A stretch of DNA of 64,000 nucleotides, from contig DIYN01000048.1 in assembly GCA_002429065.1 (NCBI GenBank), positions 21,727 to 85,726 of the forward strand, in the 5' to 3' direction. Position 1 is the stretch's first letter. Each line of letters opens with the position of its first letter. The notes below the pieces were generated by a model. That model ran no database searches. It was given only the letters and a program-made list of their open reading frames with translations, and was not told where the DNA came from. The stretch comes from Verrucomicrobia bacterium UBA6053 (GTDB taxonomy: Bacteria > Verrucomicrobiota > Kiritimatiellia > SS1-B-03-39 > UBA6053). This document shows positions 28,194 through 36,250 of this stretch, piece after piece. The position numbers and the translations under genes are program-made.

Positions 28194-28908
28194 CTTTTCT
28201 GACCGCTCCTATGGGCAACCGATGAAACCGCATGGCCATGAGGTCACAGCGGAGCAGGGTGTTGGTGAGGAGGGACCCGATGCCGGTGAAATACTTGATG
28301 GCTTCAAAGGCGGCCATGCAGGCGATGGTGCCGGAGACGGCTCCGAACACCGGGAATTCCCGTTTCCAACTGGGGGGCGGTTCCGGCCAGAGATCACGGA
28401 GACAGCCGGTGATTCCGGGGACAAAGGTGGTCAGGTAGGCTTCCCCGTCAAACATGGCATTTTCCACCATGGGTTTTCCCTGCCGGCGTGCGGCATCGTT
28501 CATGGCGTAACGCTCCGGAAAGAGGGGGGCACAGTCGATGACCAGATCCACGTTGGAGACCAGGTCCTCTGCGTTGTCGTCGGAGACGTTCTCAGGAATT
28601 CCCTCGACCTCAATGAGTGGATTCAATTCCTGCAGCCGGCGGCATATGGACTCAATGCGGGGTTTTCCAAGGTGATCATGGGTCATCAGCAGCTGGCGGT
28701 TGAGATCACTGGGTTTGACATTCCCGCCGTGGGCCACCACGAGTTTACCGATCCCGGCCGCTGCGAGTTCATATGCCACCACCGAACCCACACCCCCGCC
28801 TCTGGAGATCAGGACCCGTGCGTTCTTGAGTTTTTCCTGGCCTTCCTCTCCTACACCCTCCGTCCACATTTGCCATTCATAGCGTTTCTGTTCAAAATCA
28901 GTCAACAT
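28177..28908 (-). CDS. ThiF/MoeB/HesA-family E1-like adenylyltransferase (no rhodanese domain)
   Basis: RYEWQM..EGQEKLKNARVLISRGGGVGSVVAYELAAAGIGKLVVAHGGNVKPSDLNRQ is the nucleotide-binding core of the family. Confidence 0.85.
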   Translation of the reverse strand: MLTDFEQKRYEWQMWTEGVGEEGQEKLKNARVLISRGGGVGSVVAYELAAAGIGKLVVAHGGNVKPSDLNRQLLMTHDHLGKPRIESICRRLQELNPLIEVEGIPENVSDDNAEDLVSNVDLVIDCAPLFPERYAMNDAARRQGKPMVENAMFDGEAYLTTFVPGITGCLRDLWPEPPPSWKREFPVFGAVSGTIACMAAFEAIKYFTGIGSLLTNTLLRCDLMAMRFHRLPIGAVRKERSEV

Positions 28909-29554
28909 GGTGGGTCTCCTCAGACTGCAGGGTGCCGTCCGTCAGTTCGATTCGTTGCGTCGCCAGCCGGTCGGCCTCCCGACGGCTGTGGGTAATATGA
29001 AAAAGAGTCAGGTCTTCACTTTCCTGCAAGGACTTGAGCAGGTTCATTAAATCGTCATGCGTGTCCTCGTCCAGTGCGGACAAAGGTTCATCCAGGCAGA
29101 GGATGGAAGGTCGTACCGCCAGGGCACGTCCCAGCGCAACCCTCTGGGATTCTCCTCCGCTGAGAAATTGCGGGGTGCGGTCCAGTAGGTGTTGAATACC
29201 CAGCCGTTCGGACAGTTCCGCCACCCGCTGCCGGATGTCCTCCTTTTTCCACTTTTGGATTTTCGGTGCGAAGCCGAGTTGTTCCGCCACGGTCATGCGG
29301 GGAAAGAGGACGTGGTCCTGGGGGACGTAGCCGATGGACCGGGCGCCGGGTGGGAGACGGGTCACGTCCTCTCCGCGCAGGATCACATTGCCGGAAGCCG
29401 CCTTGCGAAGTCCGCAGAACAATTCCAGCAACGTGGTTTTGCCGCAGCCGGTTTTCCCCATCAGCACGGCATAGGCCCCAGTGGGGACATGCAGGTTGAT
29501 GTCTTCCAGCCGGAAGGCTCCCTGCTGGATGACGATGTTCTCCAGCGCCATCAT
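28898..29554 (-). CDS. ABC transporter ATP-binding protein (ModC/TupC-like, no TOBE domain)
   Basis: Walker A GKTGCGKTT, signature LSGGESQR, Walker B LCLDEPLSALD. 218 aa. ATGA overlap with the permease gene. Confidence 0.85.
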   Translation of the reverse strand: MMALENIVIQQGAFRLEDINLHVPTGAYAVLMGKTGCGKTTLLELFCGLRKAASGNVILRGEDVTRLPPGARSIGYVPQDHVLFPRMTVAEQLGFAPKIQKWKKEDIRQRVAELSERLGIQHLLDRTPQFLSGGESQRVALGRALAVRPSILCLDEPLSALDEDTHDDLMNLLKSLQESEDLTLFHITHSRREADRLATQRIELTDGTLQSEETHHVD

Positions 29555-30360
29555 CCCATGGCCCCCCTCATTCCTCCTCCTGCCCGGATCAGCATCAGGA
29601 CGATGAAGGAAACCGCCACCATCAACAGAGAAACCGCCAGGGCTCCGTTAAGATTTCCGATGGCCAGTTCGAGGTAAATGGTGCTGGGCAGGACCTCGGT
29701 GCGGTACCGGGTGGCCCCGGCAAACAGCAGCACCGGTCCGAATTCTCCGATCGCCCGGGCCCAGGACAGGCTCCACGCCGCGAGCATGCCCGGGGCTACT
29801 TCCGGCAGGATCACCTGGAAGAAGGCCTGACCTCTTGAGCAGCCCAGGGTCAGGGCCACCTGCTCCAGTCGTGGGTCCACCCGCTCAAAGACACTGCGCA
29901 TCATGCGCACGGCAAAGGCGGCCGCAACAGTGAGTTGTGCCAGAACCACACTTGGGATGGCGTTCGTAACCCGTACATGTTCCTCGATCCCTTTTCCGAT
30001 CGGGGTCATGAAAAACAGGAGAAGCCCCAGCCCGACCACCATGGGGGGAAGCACGATCGGGATGTCGAGCAGGGCATCGATAAAGGCCTTTCCCGGAAAG
30101 CGGAACCGGCTCATGAAATACCCGATCGGTACCGCAAACACCACGGAGAGAACTGCGGTCAGGGCACTGGACCCCAACGACAACGCGAGGGCATACCGAA
30201 TGGGAGGAGAGTTCAGGAATCCCAGCATCTCCCCGGGGCGGAAGACACCGCGCAGGGTGAGAGACAGCAGGAGGGCGAGAATCATCAGGAGGTAAAATCC
30301 TCCCAGGATGATCAACCCTGCAAAAAATCGGACGTCAGATCGAGGGCGGTATTCGTTCAA
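29551..30360 (-). CDS. ABC transporter permease (ModB/CysTW-type)
   Basis: Six predicted TM helices. EAA-type loop LTLGCSRGQAFFQVILPE and ARAIGEFGPVLLFAG. Apparent TTG start overlapping the upstream stop. Confidence 0.8.
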   Translation of the reverse strand: MNEYRPRSDVRFFAGLIILGGFYLLMILALLLSLTLRGVFRPGEMLGFLNSPPIRYALALSLGSSALTAVLSVVFAVPIGYFMSRFRFPGKAFIDALLDIPIVLPPMVVGLGLLLFFMTPIGKGIEEHVRVTNAIPSVVLAQLTVAAAFAVRMMRSVFERVDPRLEQVALTLGCSRGQAFFQVILPEVAPGMLAAWSLSWARAIGEFGPVLLFAGATRYRTEVLPSTIYLELAIGNLNGALAVSLLMVAVSFIVLMLIRAGGGMRGAMG

Positions 30361-31886
30361 CGTTCAGGCATCTCCGTGCCTACCTTATACCGAAAACCGG
30401 AGGACTCGTACAGGTCCTGCATGGAGGGATCGACCAGCATGGTGATCAGGCGGTCCATGAGCATCGGATACTCCGTTCCAATCGCAACCGCAACCGGCTG
30501 TCCGGCAACGGCCCGGGGATGATTGATCTCGATGATCTCCACCTCATCACGCATTCCAAGTACGTTGGCCATGTAGACAATTCCGACGTCCTCCCGTTCA
30601 GTGCGCACCCTTAGCAGGACTTCGTCGGCTTTGGGTGCATCGCCGAAGGTGATTCGGGGAAGAATCTGATCGTAGAGACCCGCCTGTCGAAACAGCTCAT
30701 GGGTCAGACCCCCGAGGGCACTGTATTCTGGATTGGACGTCGCCACCTTGACGTCCGGACGGGTCAGGTCCTTTAAGGAGGTGATGTTCTTCGGGTTTCC
30801 TTTGGCTGTCACCATCACCATGTCGGTTTCGGTAACCATCTGATGATCCCGGAACCGCTCAAATACATCATCCATGTAGCTGGTGTCACAGGCGAAGTAG
30901 GCGTCCGGGTCCGAGCCGGCCCTCATCTGGCTGACGAGAATTCCACAGCCGTTGTAGACCATTTTGATCTCTACACCCTCCCGTTCTGTGAACTCCCGGA
31001 TTTTGTCATCAATGGAGACCCGGTTCACGCTACCGCTGTAGAACTCGATGACCGGCGTTTCGGACCAGATATCCCCTTTGGCCGGGGTGAATCCTTTTTT
31101 TCCGAAGACGGGAAGACCGCGGTCCTGGGCCGCGATGTAACGGGCAAGGTGCAACGCCGCAGCCGGTTTGCCTGCGTTCTCCATAACCCCGAGGGTCACC
31201 TGCTGGGACTTTTCATCCAAACGGGGATCGGTGACGGCTTCAACGCCCTCGAACATAGCCAGCATGGGATCAAACACCACGGCGGCGTCGACCGACCCGA
31301 GTGAGACGTCCAGGGCAAGTTCGTTTACCGTCGGTTTGTTGACACCCCGGTCACGGATTGCTTGTTGCATGTCCTCCCACATCCCGATGGTGGTGAACAC
31401 TTTTTTCGCCATTTTACCCACGGCTGCGGCCTCCGGATTTCCAAGTGCCGTTTTGACATCCTCCCGGATCAGGTCTTCAAGCCCCTGAATTTTTTTTGGA
31501 TTCCCTTCCGCGACCAGAATGACCGGTTTCATGTCCGCCAGCGGAATGATTTCCCGAACCAGCCCCTTTTTCTGTGCCGTCTGCACGAAGCTGTCATCCC
31601 CGGCAATATATACATCGCCCTGACCGGTGATCTCCAGCTTTGCCAGCAGCGTGCCGGAACCGCCGTATTCAATTTGAACTCTGCGTCCGGTTTCACGCTG
31701 ATACTGTTCCACAATGGCTTCGACCGGTCCTTTGATACCGGCTGCACAGTACAGGACGAGGGCGCGCTCTCCGGGTCGGTTGTCGACGTTCTGGCTTTCG
31801 TTTAATGCGGTCAGAAGGCCGATGGATCCAAGGATAAGGACGGCACCCAGAATCAGAATGTTCCGGGCAGGATTGATGCTGCTCAT
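30357..31886 (-). CDS. tandem-duplicated ModA-like periplasmic substrate-binding protein
   Basis: Signal anchor, then two ModA/SBP_bac_11-like halves. Half 1: LVLYCAAGIKGPVEAIVEQYQRETGRRVQIEYGGSGTL. Half 2: IEFYSGSVNRVSIDDKIREFTEREGVEIKMVYNGCGIL. Confidence 0.7.
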   Translation of the reverse strand: MSSINPARNILILGAVLILGSIGLLTALNESQNVDNRPGERALVLYCAAGIKGPVEAIVEQYQRETGRRVQIEYGGSGTLLAKLEITGQGDVYIAGDDSFVQTAQKKGLVREIIPLADMKPVILVAEGNPKKIQGLEDLIREDVKTALGNPEAAAVGKMAKKVFTTIGMWEDMQQAIRDRGVNKPTVNELALDVSLGSVDAAVVFDPMLAMFEGVEAVTDPRLDEKSQQVTLGVMENAGKPAAALHLARYIAAQDRGLPVFGKKGFTPAKGDIWSETPVIEFYSGSVNRVSIDDKIREFTEREGVEIKMVYNGCGILVSQMRAGSDPDAYFACDTSYMDDVFERFRDHQMVTETDMVMVTAKGNPKNITSLKDLTRPDVKVATSNPEYSALGGLTHELFRQAGLYDQILPRITFGDAPKADEVLLRVRTEREDVGIVYMANVLGMRDEVEIIEINHPRAVAGQPVAVAIGTEYPMLMDRLITMLVDPSMQDLYESSGFRYKVGTEMPER

Positions 31887-32548
31887 GAAGGTATCTCCAG
31901 AATTCCCTGGTTCATGGTGAACGGGTGTGTGGCACGGGCGGCGGCTTCCGGGTCATGGGTGACCATGAGAACCATCCCGCCCTTCTGTGAAAACAAGGCA
32001 AGTTCGTCCAGAACCCGCTGGGCACTGTCCGGATCGAGGTTTCCGGTGGGTTCGTCGGCCAGAATCAGACTCGGGTTTCCATAGAGGGCCCTGGCCAGGG
32101 CCACCCTCTGACGTTCCCCCACACTGAGTTCGCCGGGCGTATGATCCAATCGATGACTGATTCCGAGCTGTTCCGCCAGTGCTTCGGCCCGTTCCGCCCC
32201 TTGAGATTCGGGGTCGACACAATCTGCTAACCGGATGTTATCGAGAAGGGACAGGTAGGGAATGAGGTGAAACTGTTGAAACACAAATCCGATTTCCCGG
32301 CGGCGGAGTGCTGCACGTTCTTCTCGGGAAATCGAATAGACGTCCTGATCCTGAAACCGCACCTGACCGCTGTCCGGCCGCTGGAGGAGACCTGCGGTCA
32401 GCAGCAGGGTGGATTTCCCACACCCACTCGGTCCCCGCACGGCGGCAAAGAAACCGGGCTTCAGCCCAAGTTCCACATCGTGGAGTGCCACCACTTCTTT
32501 CCGATCAGACGGACGATATGTTTTGCGTACCTGTGTCAGTGTCAGCAT
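31883..32548 (-). CDS. ABC transporter ATP-binding protein (LolD/MacB/FtsE-type)
   Basis: Walker A GPSGCGKST, signature LSVGERQR, Walker B ILADEPTGNLD. ATG at 32548 (MLTLTQVRKTY) preferred over the listed 32644. Confidence 0.85.
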   Translation of the reverse strand: MLTLTQVRKTYRPSDRKEVVALHDVELGLKPGFFAAVRGPSGCGKSTLLLTAGLLQRPDSGQVRFQDQDVYSISREERAALRRREIGFVFQQFHLIPYLSLLDNIRLADCVDPESQGAERAEALAEQLGISHRLDHTPGELSVGERQRVALARALYGNPSLILADEPTGNLDPDSAQRVLDELALFSQKGGMVLMVTHDPEAAARATHPFTMNQGILEIPS

Positions 32549-32550
32549 GA

Positions 32551-33825
32551 TCAGTCCTCGTGAAGAATGGTGGCGGGGTCCTGATTGGCGGCCCATACTG
32601 CGGGCGGCCATGCGGCAATGCTTTGAAGCGCAGGGGCCAAACACGCGATCATGAGCAGGGGAAGGGTTTGCACCCCCTCCTGCCAGGGCAGGGCTTCTTC
32701 GGGAAGCGTCACCTGCGTCATGAGGGCCACCGCGACCCCCATACCCGGCAGCATGCCGACCAACCCGAGAAAAGCCGCTTTCCCCAGGAACAACTGCAAC
32801 ACCCGTCCGCGGGAAAGCCCGATGGCCCGTAAGATGCCGATCTCGGATTTCCGGTCCCGGACATTCAGGAAGGTCAGTGTGGCCAGCAGTCCCATGGTGC
32901 CGAGTGAGACCAGGGGAATCAGCGTTCCGGCAAACCGCTCTTCCCTCTGCAGCAGTTCCGAGCGGTTGCGGCTTTCCCGTTCCAGGACCTCTTTCCGCGT
33001 TTCCGCAGCCTGGTTCCGGGCCTCGGCTCTGGCCAGAGCCCGACCGGAAAACTCGATGACCTGTGTTCCGGGTAGAATGTTTACCAGTTCCTCACGCACC
33101 TTGGCGATGTCCGCCCAGGCACATTTGCATTGAAGAGCGAGGATTGCATTAATTTCGTCTTCTTTTCCAAACAGGGTCTGAGCGGTATCGAGTGGGATCC
33201 AGAGGGTAATATCGTCTTTGTTCCCACGTTGGGGCTTCAACTCATGAATGTCGAAGTTCCGGCCCTGAAAGGTGATGGTGTCGCCTTTTTTCCAGCCCCT
33301 GTTCACATGGAGTTCGTAGCCGAGAACAATGTGACCCGCCGGAACGGGCTGCAAAAGAGGTGATTTCGGGACACTGTCCGCCAATGGGACCTCATCCCGA
33401 ACCCCGATGACCAGTGTGGTGGTGGATTCCTCCTCCCAGAACACTTTTTTCTGCAGAATGGGAAGAAGGTGCTGCACCGTGATGATGCCGGCATTGGCGA
33501 GGGTATGCACGTATTCTTCCGGCATGGTTTTCGCGGCAAAATCATTTGCGTAAAAATCTGCCAGATTCTGCTCCGAGGGAAGCACCATGACATTAAATCC
33601 CATGGCCTTGGTAATCTTCCTCATTTCATCCTCAAGAGTGTCGAAGAGGGTTTCGACTTCCTGTCGATTGGCGTCGAGGACCCTGCGGGTGTCTGCGCGC
33701 TGCCAGTCCAGTCTCATCTGCACCGTGGCCACTACCCCGACGGTTAACGACACTGCCAGCAGTCCCAGCAGGCTGTGACCCCGGCGAAAGCTGAGTTCAC
33801 GTCGGAAAAGGCGAGTCAGGTTCAT
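32551..33825 (-). CDS. ABC transporter permease, FtsX/MacB-like
   Basis: N-terminal TM helix, a large periplasmic domain, and a C-terminal FtsX-type TM bundle (SEIGILRAIGLSRGRVLQLF). Confidence 0.8.
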   Translation of the reverse strand: MNLTRLFRRELSFRRGHSLLGLLAVSLTVGVVATVQMRLDWQRADTRRVLDANRQEVETLFDTLEDEMRKITKAMGFNVMVLPSEQNLADFYANDFAAKTMPEEYVHTLANAGIITVQHLLPILQKKVFWEEESTTTLVIGVRDEVPLADSVPKSPLLQPVPAGHIVLGYELHVNRGWKKGDTITFQGRNFDIHELKPQRGNKDDITLWIPLDTAQTLFGKEDEINAILALQCKCAWADIAKVREELVNILPGTQVIEFSGRALARAEARNQAAETRKEVLERESRNRSELLQREERFAGTLIPLVSLGTMGLLATLTFLNVRDRKSEIGILRAIGLSRGRVLQLFLGKAAFLGLVGMLPGMGVAVALMTQVTLPEEALPWQEGVQTLPLLMIACLAPALQSIAAWPPAVWAANQDPATILHED

Positions 33826-34976
33826 GCGTCCCCTCCGCCGTGTTTCGACAGCATGACGCCTGCTGCCAGGAGTACCACCACTCCTCCACCAAGGACAACA
33901 CCCCAGTTCATCCCAAAAGCAGGGGCCGCAGGAGATGTGATGGACGGAGTCGGGGTGGGAGCGACTGCGGTTTCCGCCTCCGGTTCGGCCTCTCCCTCTG
34001 TTGCCAGTGCCATGTCTTCGGTTTCCGGTTCATAGGCGAGGGGATTGAACAGTTCGGGCGGTTGGTTGGCTTCATCCACAAAACTCCTGGAAAGGTCTTC
34101 CATCCAGGGCTCCACAATAAACAGGTCGAATCCGGGGTTGAGCTCCTTCACTTCGCAGGAACAGGATCCGGTAAGAAAATACGACATCTCACGGAGCATA
34201 TCGGCGGTGAAGGCCTTGTGGTCTTCAATCGCAAGAGCACGTCCCTGACCAAATACCGGCATCACCCAGGCCTGTTCGGTATTGTTCCAGGTGTCATCAC
34301 CCAGCACGAGTCGCAGCCCTTCCGTGAGAATTTTCTCTTTGGGATCATTCCGGTCCAATTCCAGCATGCTGAAATGAATGGGGAGCTCCCGGCGAACCTC
34401 CTCCTGCTTTTCCGGGGAATAGATGGCGAGCATTTTTTCCGGCAGCTCGAGGGTTTCATTCATTTCTTGAATGCCTGACTTAATCAGCTGCTTCAGCTCA
34501 TCGTTTGCAGATGCATCCGTACCCGGAATAAAGACCCAGACAGTGCTGTGTCCCCCCAGCAGCCGTTTGATGATCTCATCCCGCACCGGCGATCGCTGTA
34601 CCAGAAGTTTCTGTTCGTCCGAGACTGCGCCGCTGAGAATCGGAGTCTCGAACCCGTAATCAAAGGGGTACTCCAGCAGGAAGCGGGGGGAGGTGTCTGT
34701 CACCTCGTTGGCCAGCTCCTTTACATGGTCGGGTGCCTCCTCGGGAATGGAGTCTTCCCGGAGATCGACTTCCAGTACCGCCATGTGAGCGTCATACACC
34801 GGATTGAGCCACGCATCGATCTGTTCCTGTTCCATCCCTTTGTGCAGAACCGTTAACTGAAAGGCGTCCGGTGGCCAGCGCTCCAAGGCATACCGAAAAA
34901 CCGGAACCGCACAGGCAAACAGGGTGCAGGGGAGCGCGATGAGCAAAGACAGAAGAAAAATCCTGGATCGTTTCAT
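33822..34976 (-). CDS. conserved hypothetical exported protein with C-terminal TM anchor
   Basis: ATG at 34976 (MKRSRIFLLSLLIALPCTLFA). The mature N-terminus is CAVPVFRYALERW. There is an SCSCEVKELNPG motif, an acidic low-complexity region, and then a TM anchor (VVLGGGVVVLLAAGVML). No family recognised. Confidence 0.6.
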   Translation of the reverse strand: MKRSRIFLLSLLIALPCTLFACAVPVFRYALERWPPDAFQLTVLHKGMEQEQIDAWLNPVYDAHMAVLEVDLREDSIPEEAPDHVKELANEVTDTSPRFLLEYPFDYGFETPILSGAVSDEQKLLVQRSPVRDEIIKRLLGGHSTVWVFIPGTDASANDELKQLIKSGIQEMNETLELPEKMLAIYSPEKQEEVRRELPIHFSMLELDRNDPKEKILTEGLRLVLGDDTWNNTEQAWVMPVFGQGRALAIEDHKAFTADMLREMSYFLTGSCSCEVKELNPGFDLFIVEPWMEDLSRSFVDEANQPPELFNPLAYEPETEDMALATEGEAEPEAETAVAPTPTPSITSPAAPAFGMNWGVVLGGGVVVLLAAGVMLSKHGGGDA

Positions 34977-34986
34977 AAATATCACC

Positions 34987-36108
34987 TCAATATCGGACCA
35001 TGGCGGGGTCCTGTTCCACGGCCCATCGATCAATCCCTCCGATGAGACTTTTCGCGCCTCCGATTCCCGCCTCTTTAAGAAATTGCACCGCATGCAGACT
35101 GCGGACACCGTGATGACAGTAGATGATCAATGGAGATCCCGTGTTCAGTTCCTGAGCCCGGGTTGGCAGTTCACCCAGGGGGATGTGATACGAAGGCATG
35201 ATGGCGCAGAGATTCCGCTCATAGTCCTCCCGCACATCAACCCAGAGGGCATCGGAAACCTCTCGGGCTGCATCAGGTTCTACCTCATCGCCGGTATCAG
35301 AGTTGAATTCACAGCGTTGCTGGTACTGTTGAGGGACCAGCCGGGTGAGGGTCGGGGAGTCTCCGCAGACCGCGCACTGTGGATTTCGTTGAATGGCGAC
35401 CTTTCGGTGTTTCTGCGTCCAGGTGTCGATGGTTAACAGAGAACCGAGCAGCGAGTCTCCAGCTCCGGTGATCCATTTCACGGCTTCGAGGGCCTGCAGA
35501 GACCCCACCACACCGCACAGCGCTCCCAGGACTCCGGCCTCCGAACAGTTCGGCACCTCTCCGGCGGCCGGCATGTCAGGAAAGAGACATCGATAGCAGG
35601 GCCCCCCGTCCGCGGGGGAAAACAGGCTGATCTGGCCTTCAAACTGAAACAGACTGGCGGAGATCAAGGGGGTACCGGACAGTACGGCCGCATCATTGAC
35701 CAGATAGCGGGTACTGAAATTATCGCTTCCATCCAGCACCAAGTCGTATTTCGACATCATCTCAATCGCATTTTCCACCTGGATGCCCTCCGGGTGAGGA
35801 ATGACGGTGAGATTCGGATTTCGCCCCTGGAGTTCACGGACGGCTGCCTCCAGCTTCGCGCTGCCGGTGTCGGCATCTCCATAGAGAATCTGGCGTTGCA
35901 GATTACTGGCTTCCACTTGGTCGAATTCGGCAATGCCCAGGGTGCCGACCCCTGCGGCACAGAGATAAAGGGCTGCAGGGCAGCCCAGACCTCCAGCCCC
36001 AATGAGCAGGACTTTTGCCCTGGCGAGAGCCTCCTGACCTTCCCGACCGATTCCGGGGAGGCTGAAATGACGTGCGTATCTTGAAACGTTGGTATTGACT
36101 GTGCTCAT
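34987..36108 (-). CDS. moeB: MoeB/MoeZ-type adenylyltransferase-sulfurtransferase (E1-like plus rhodanese domain)
   Basis: RYARHFSLPGIGREGQEALARAKVLLIGAGGLGCPAALYL, two CxxC pairs (CYRC, CAVC), and a C-terminal rhodanese domain with active-site loop YCHHGVRS. Confidence 0.9.
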   Translation of the reverse strand: MSTVNTNVSRYARHFSLPGIGREGQEALARAKVLLIGAGGLGCPAALYLCAAGVGTLGIAEFDQVEASNLQRQILYGDADTGSAKLEAAVRELQGRNPNLTVIPHPEGIQVENAIEMMSKYDLVLDGSDNFSTRYLVNDAAVLSGTPLISASLFQFEGQISLFSPADGGPCYRCLFPDMPAAGEVPNCSEAGVLGALCGVVGSLQALEAVKWITGAGDSLLGSLLTIDTWTQKHRKVAIQRNPQCAVCGDSPTLTRLVPQQYQQRCEFNSDTGDEVEPDAAREVSDALWVDVREDYERNLCAIMPSYHIPLGELPTRAQELNTGSPLIIYCHHGVRSLHAVQFLKEAGIGGAKSLIGGIDRWAVEQDPAMVRY

Positions 36109-36250
36109 CTATTCCGAATGCTGGGTGCACATGGGTTTCGCATCCTACATGGGATTATGAAATTTGTAAAACGGGTTTTGGCAAAAGAAATTCTTTTTTT
36201 GCGTTCATTTTTTCTTCCGGATGATGTTGTCCAATTGTGAACGAAACGAG

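Noticed and set aside
27781-28908. The Ubl plus E1 pair as a ubiquitin-like conjugation antiphage system (Bil/6E-type).
   Set aside because: No E2-like, JAB/JAMM deubiquitinase or effector gene accompanies them. The carrier is collinear with CysO/MoaD sulfur carriers, and the context is metal-oxyanion transport. A sulfur-transfer role is more parsimonious.
36109-36250. Possible Moco riboswitch upstream of the modA-modB fusion.
   Set aside because: I could not recognise the conserved Moco-motif core in this AT-rich 142-nt region. A covariance-model scan would be decisive, but by eye there is no support.
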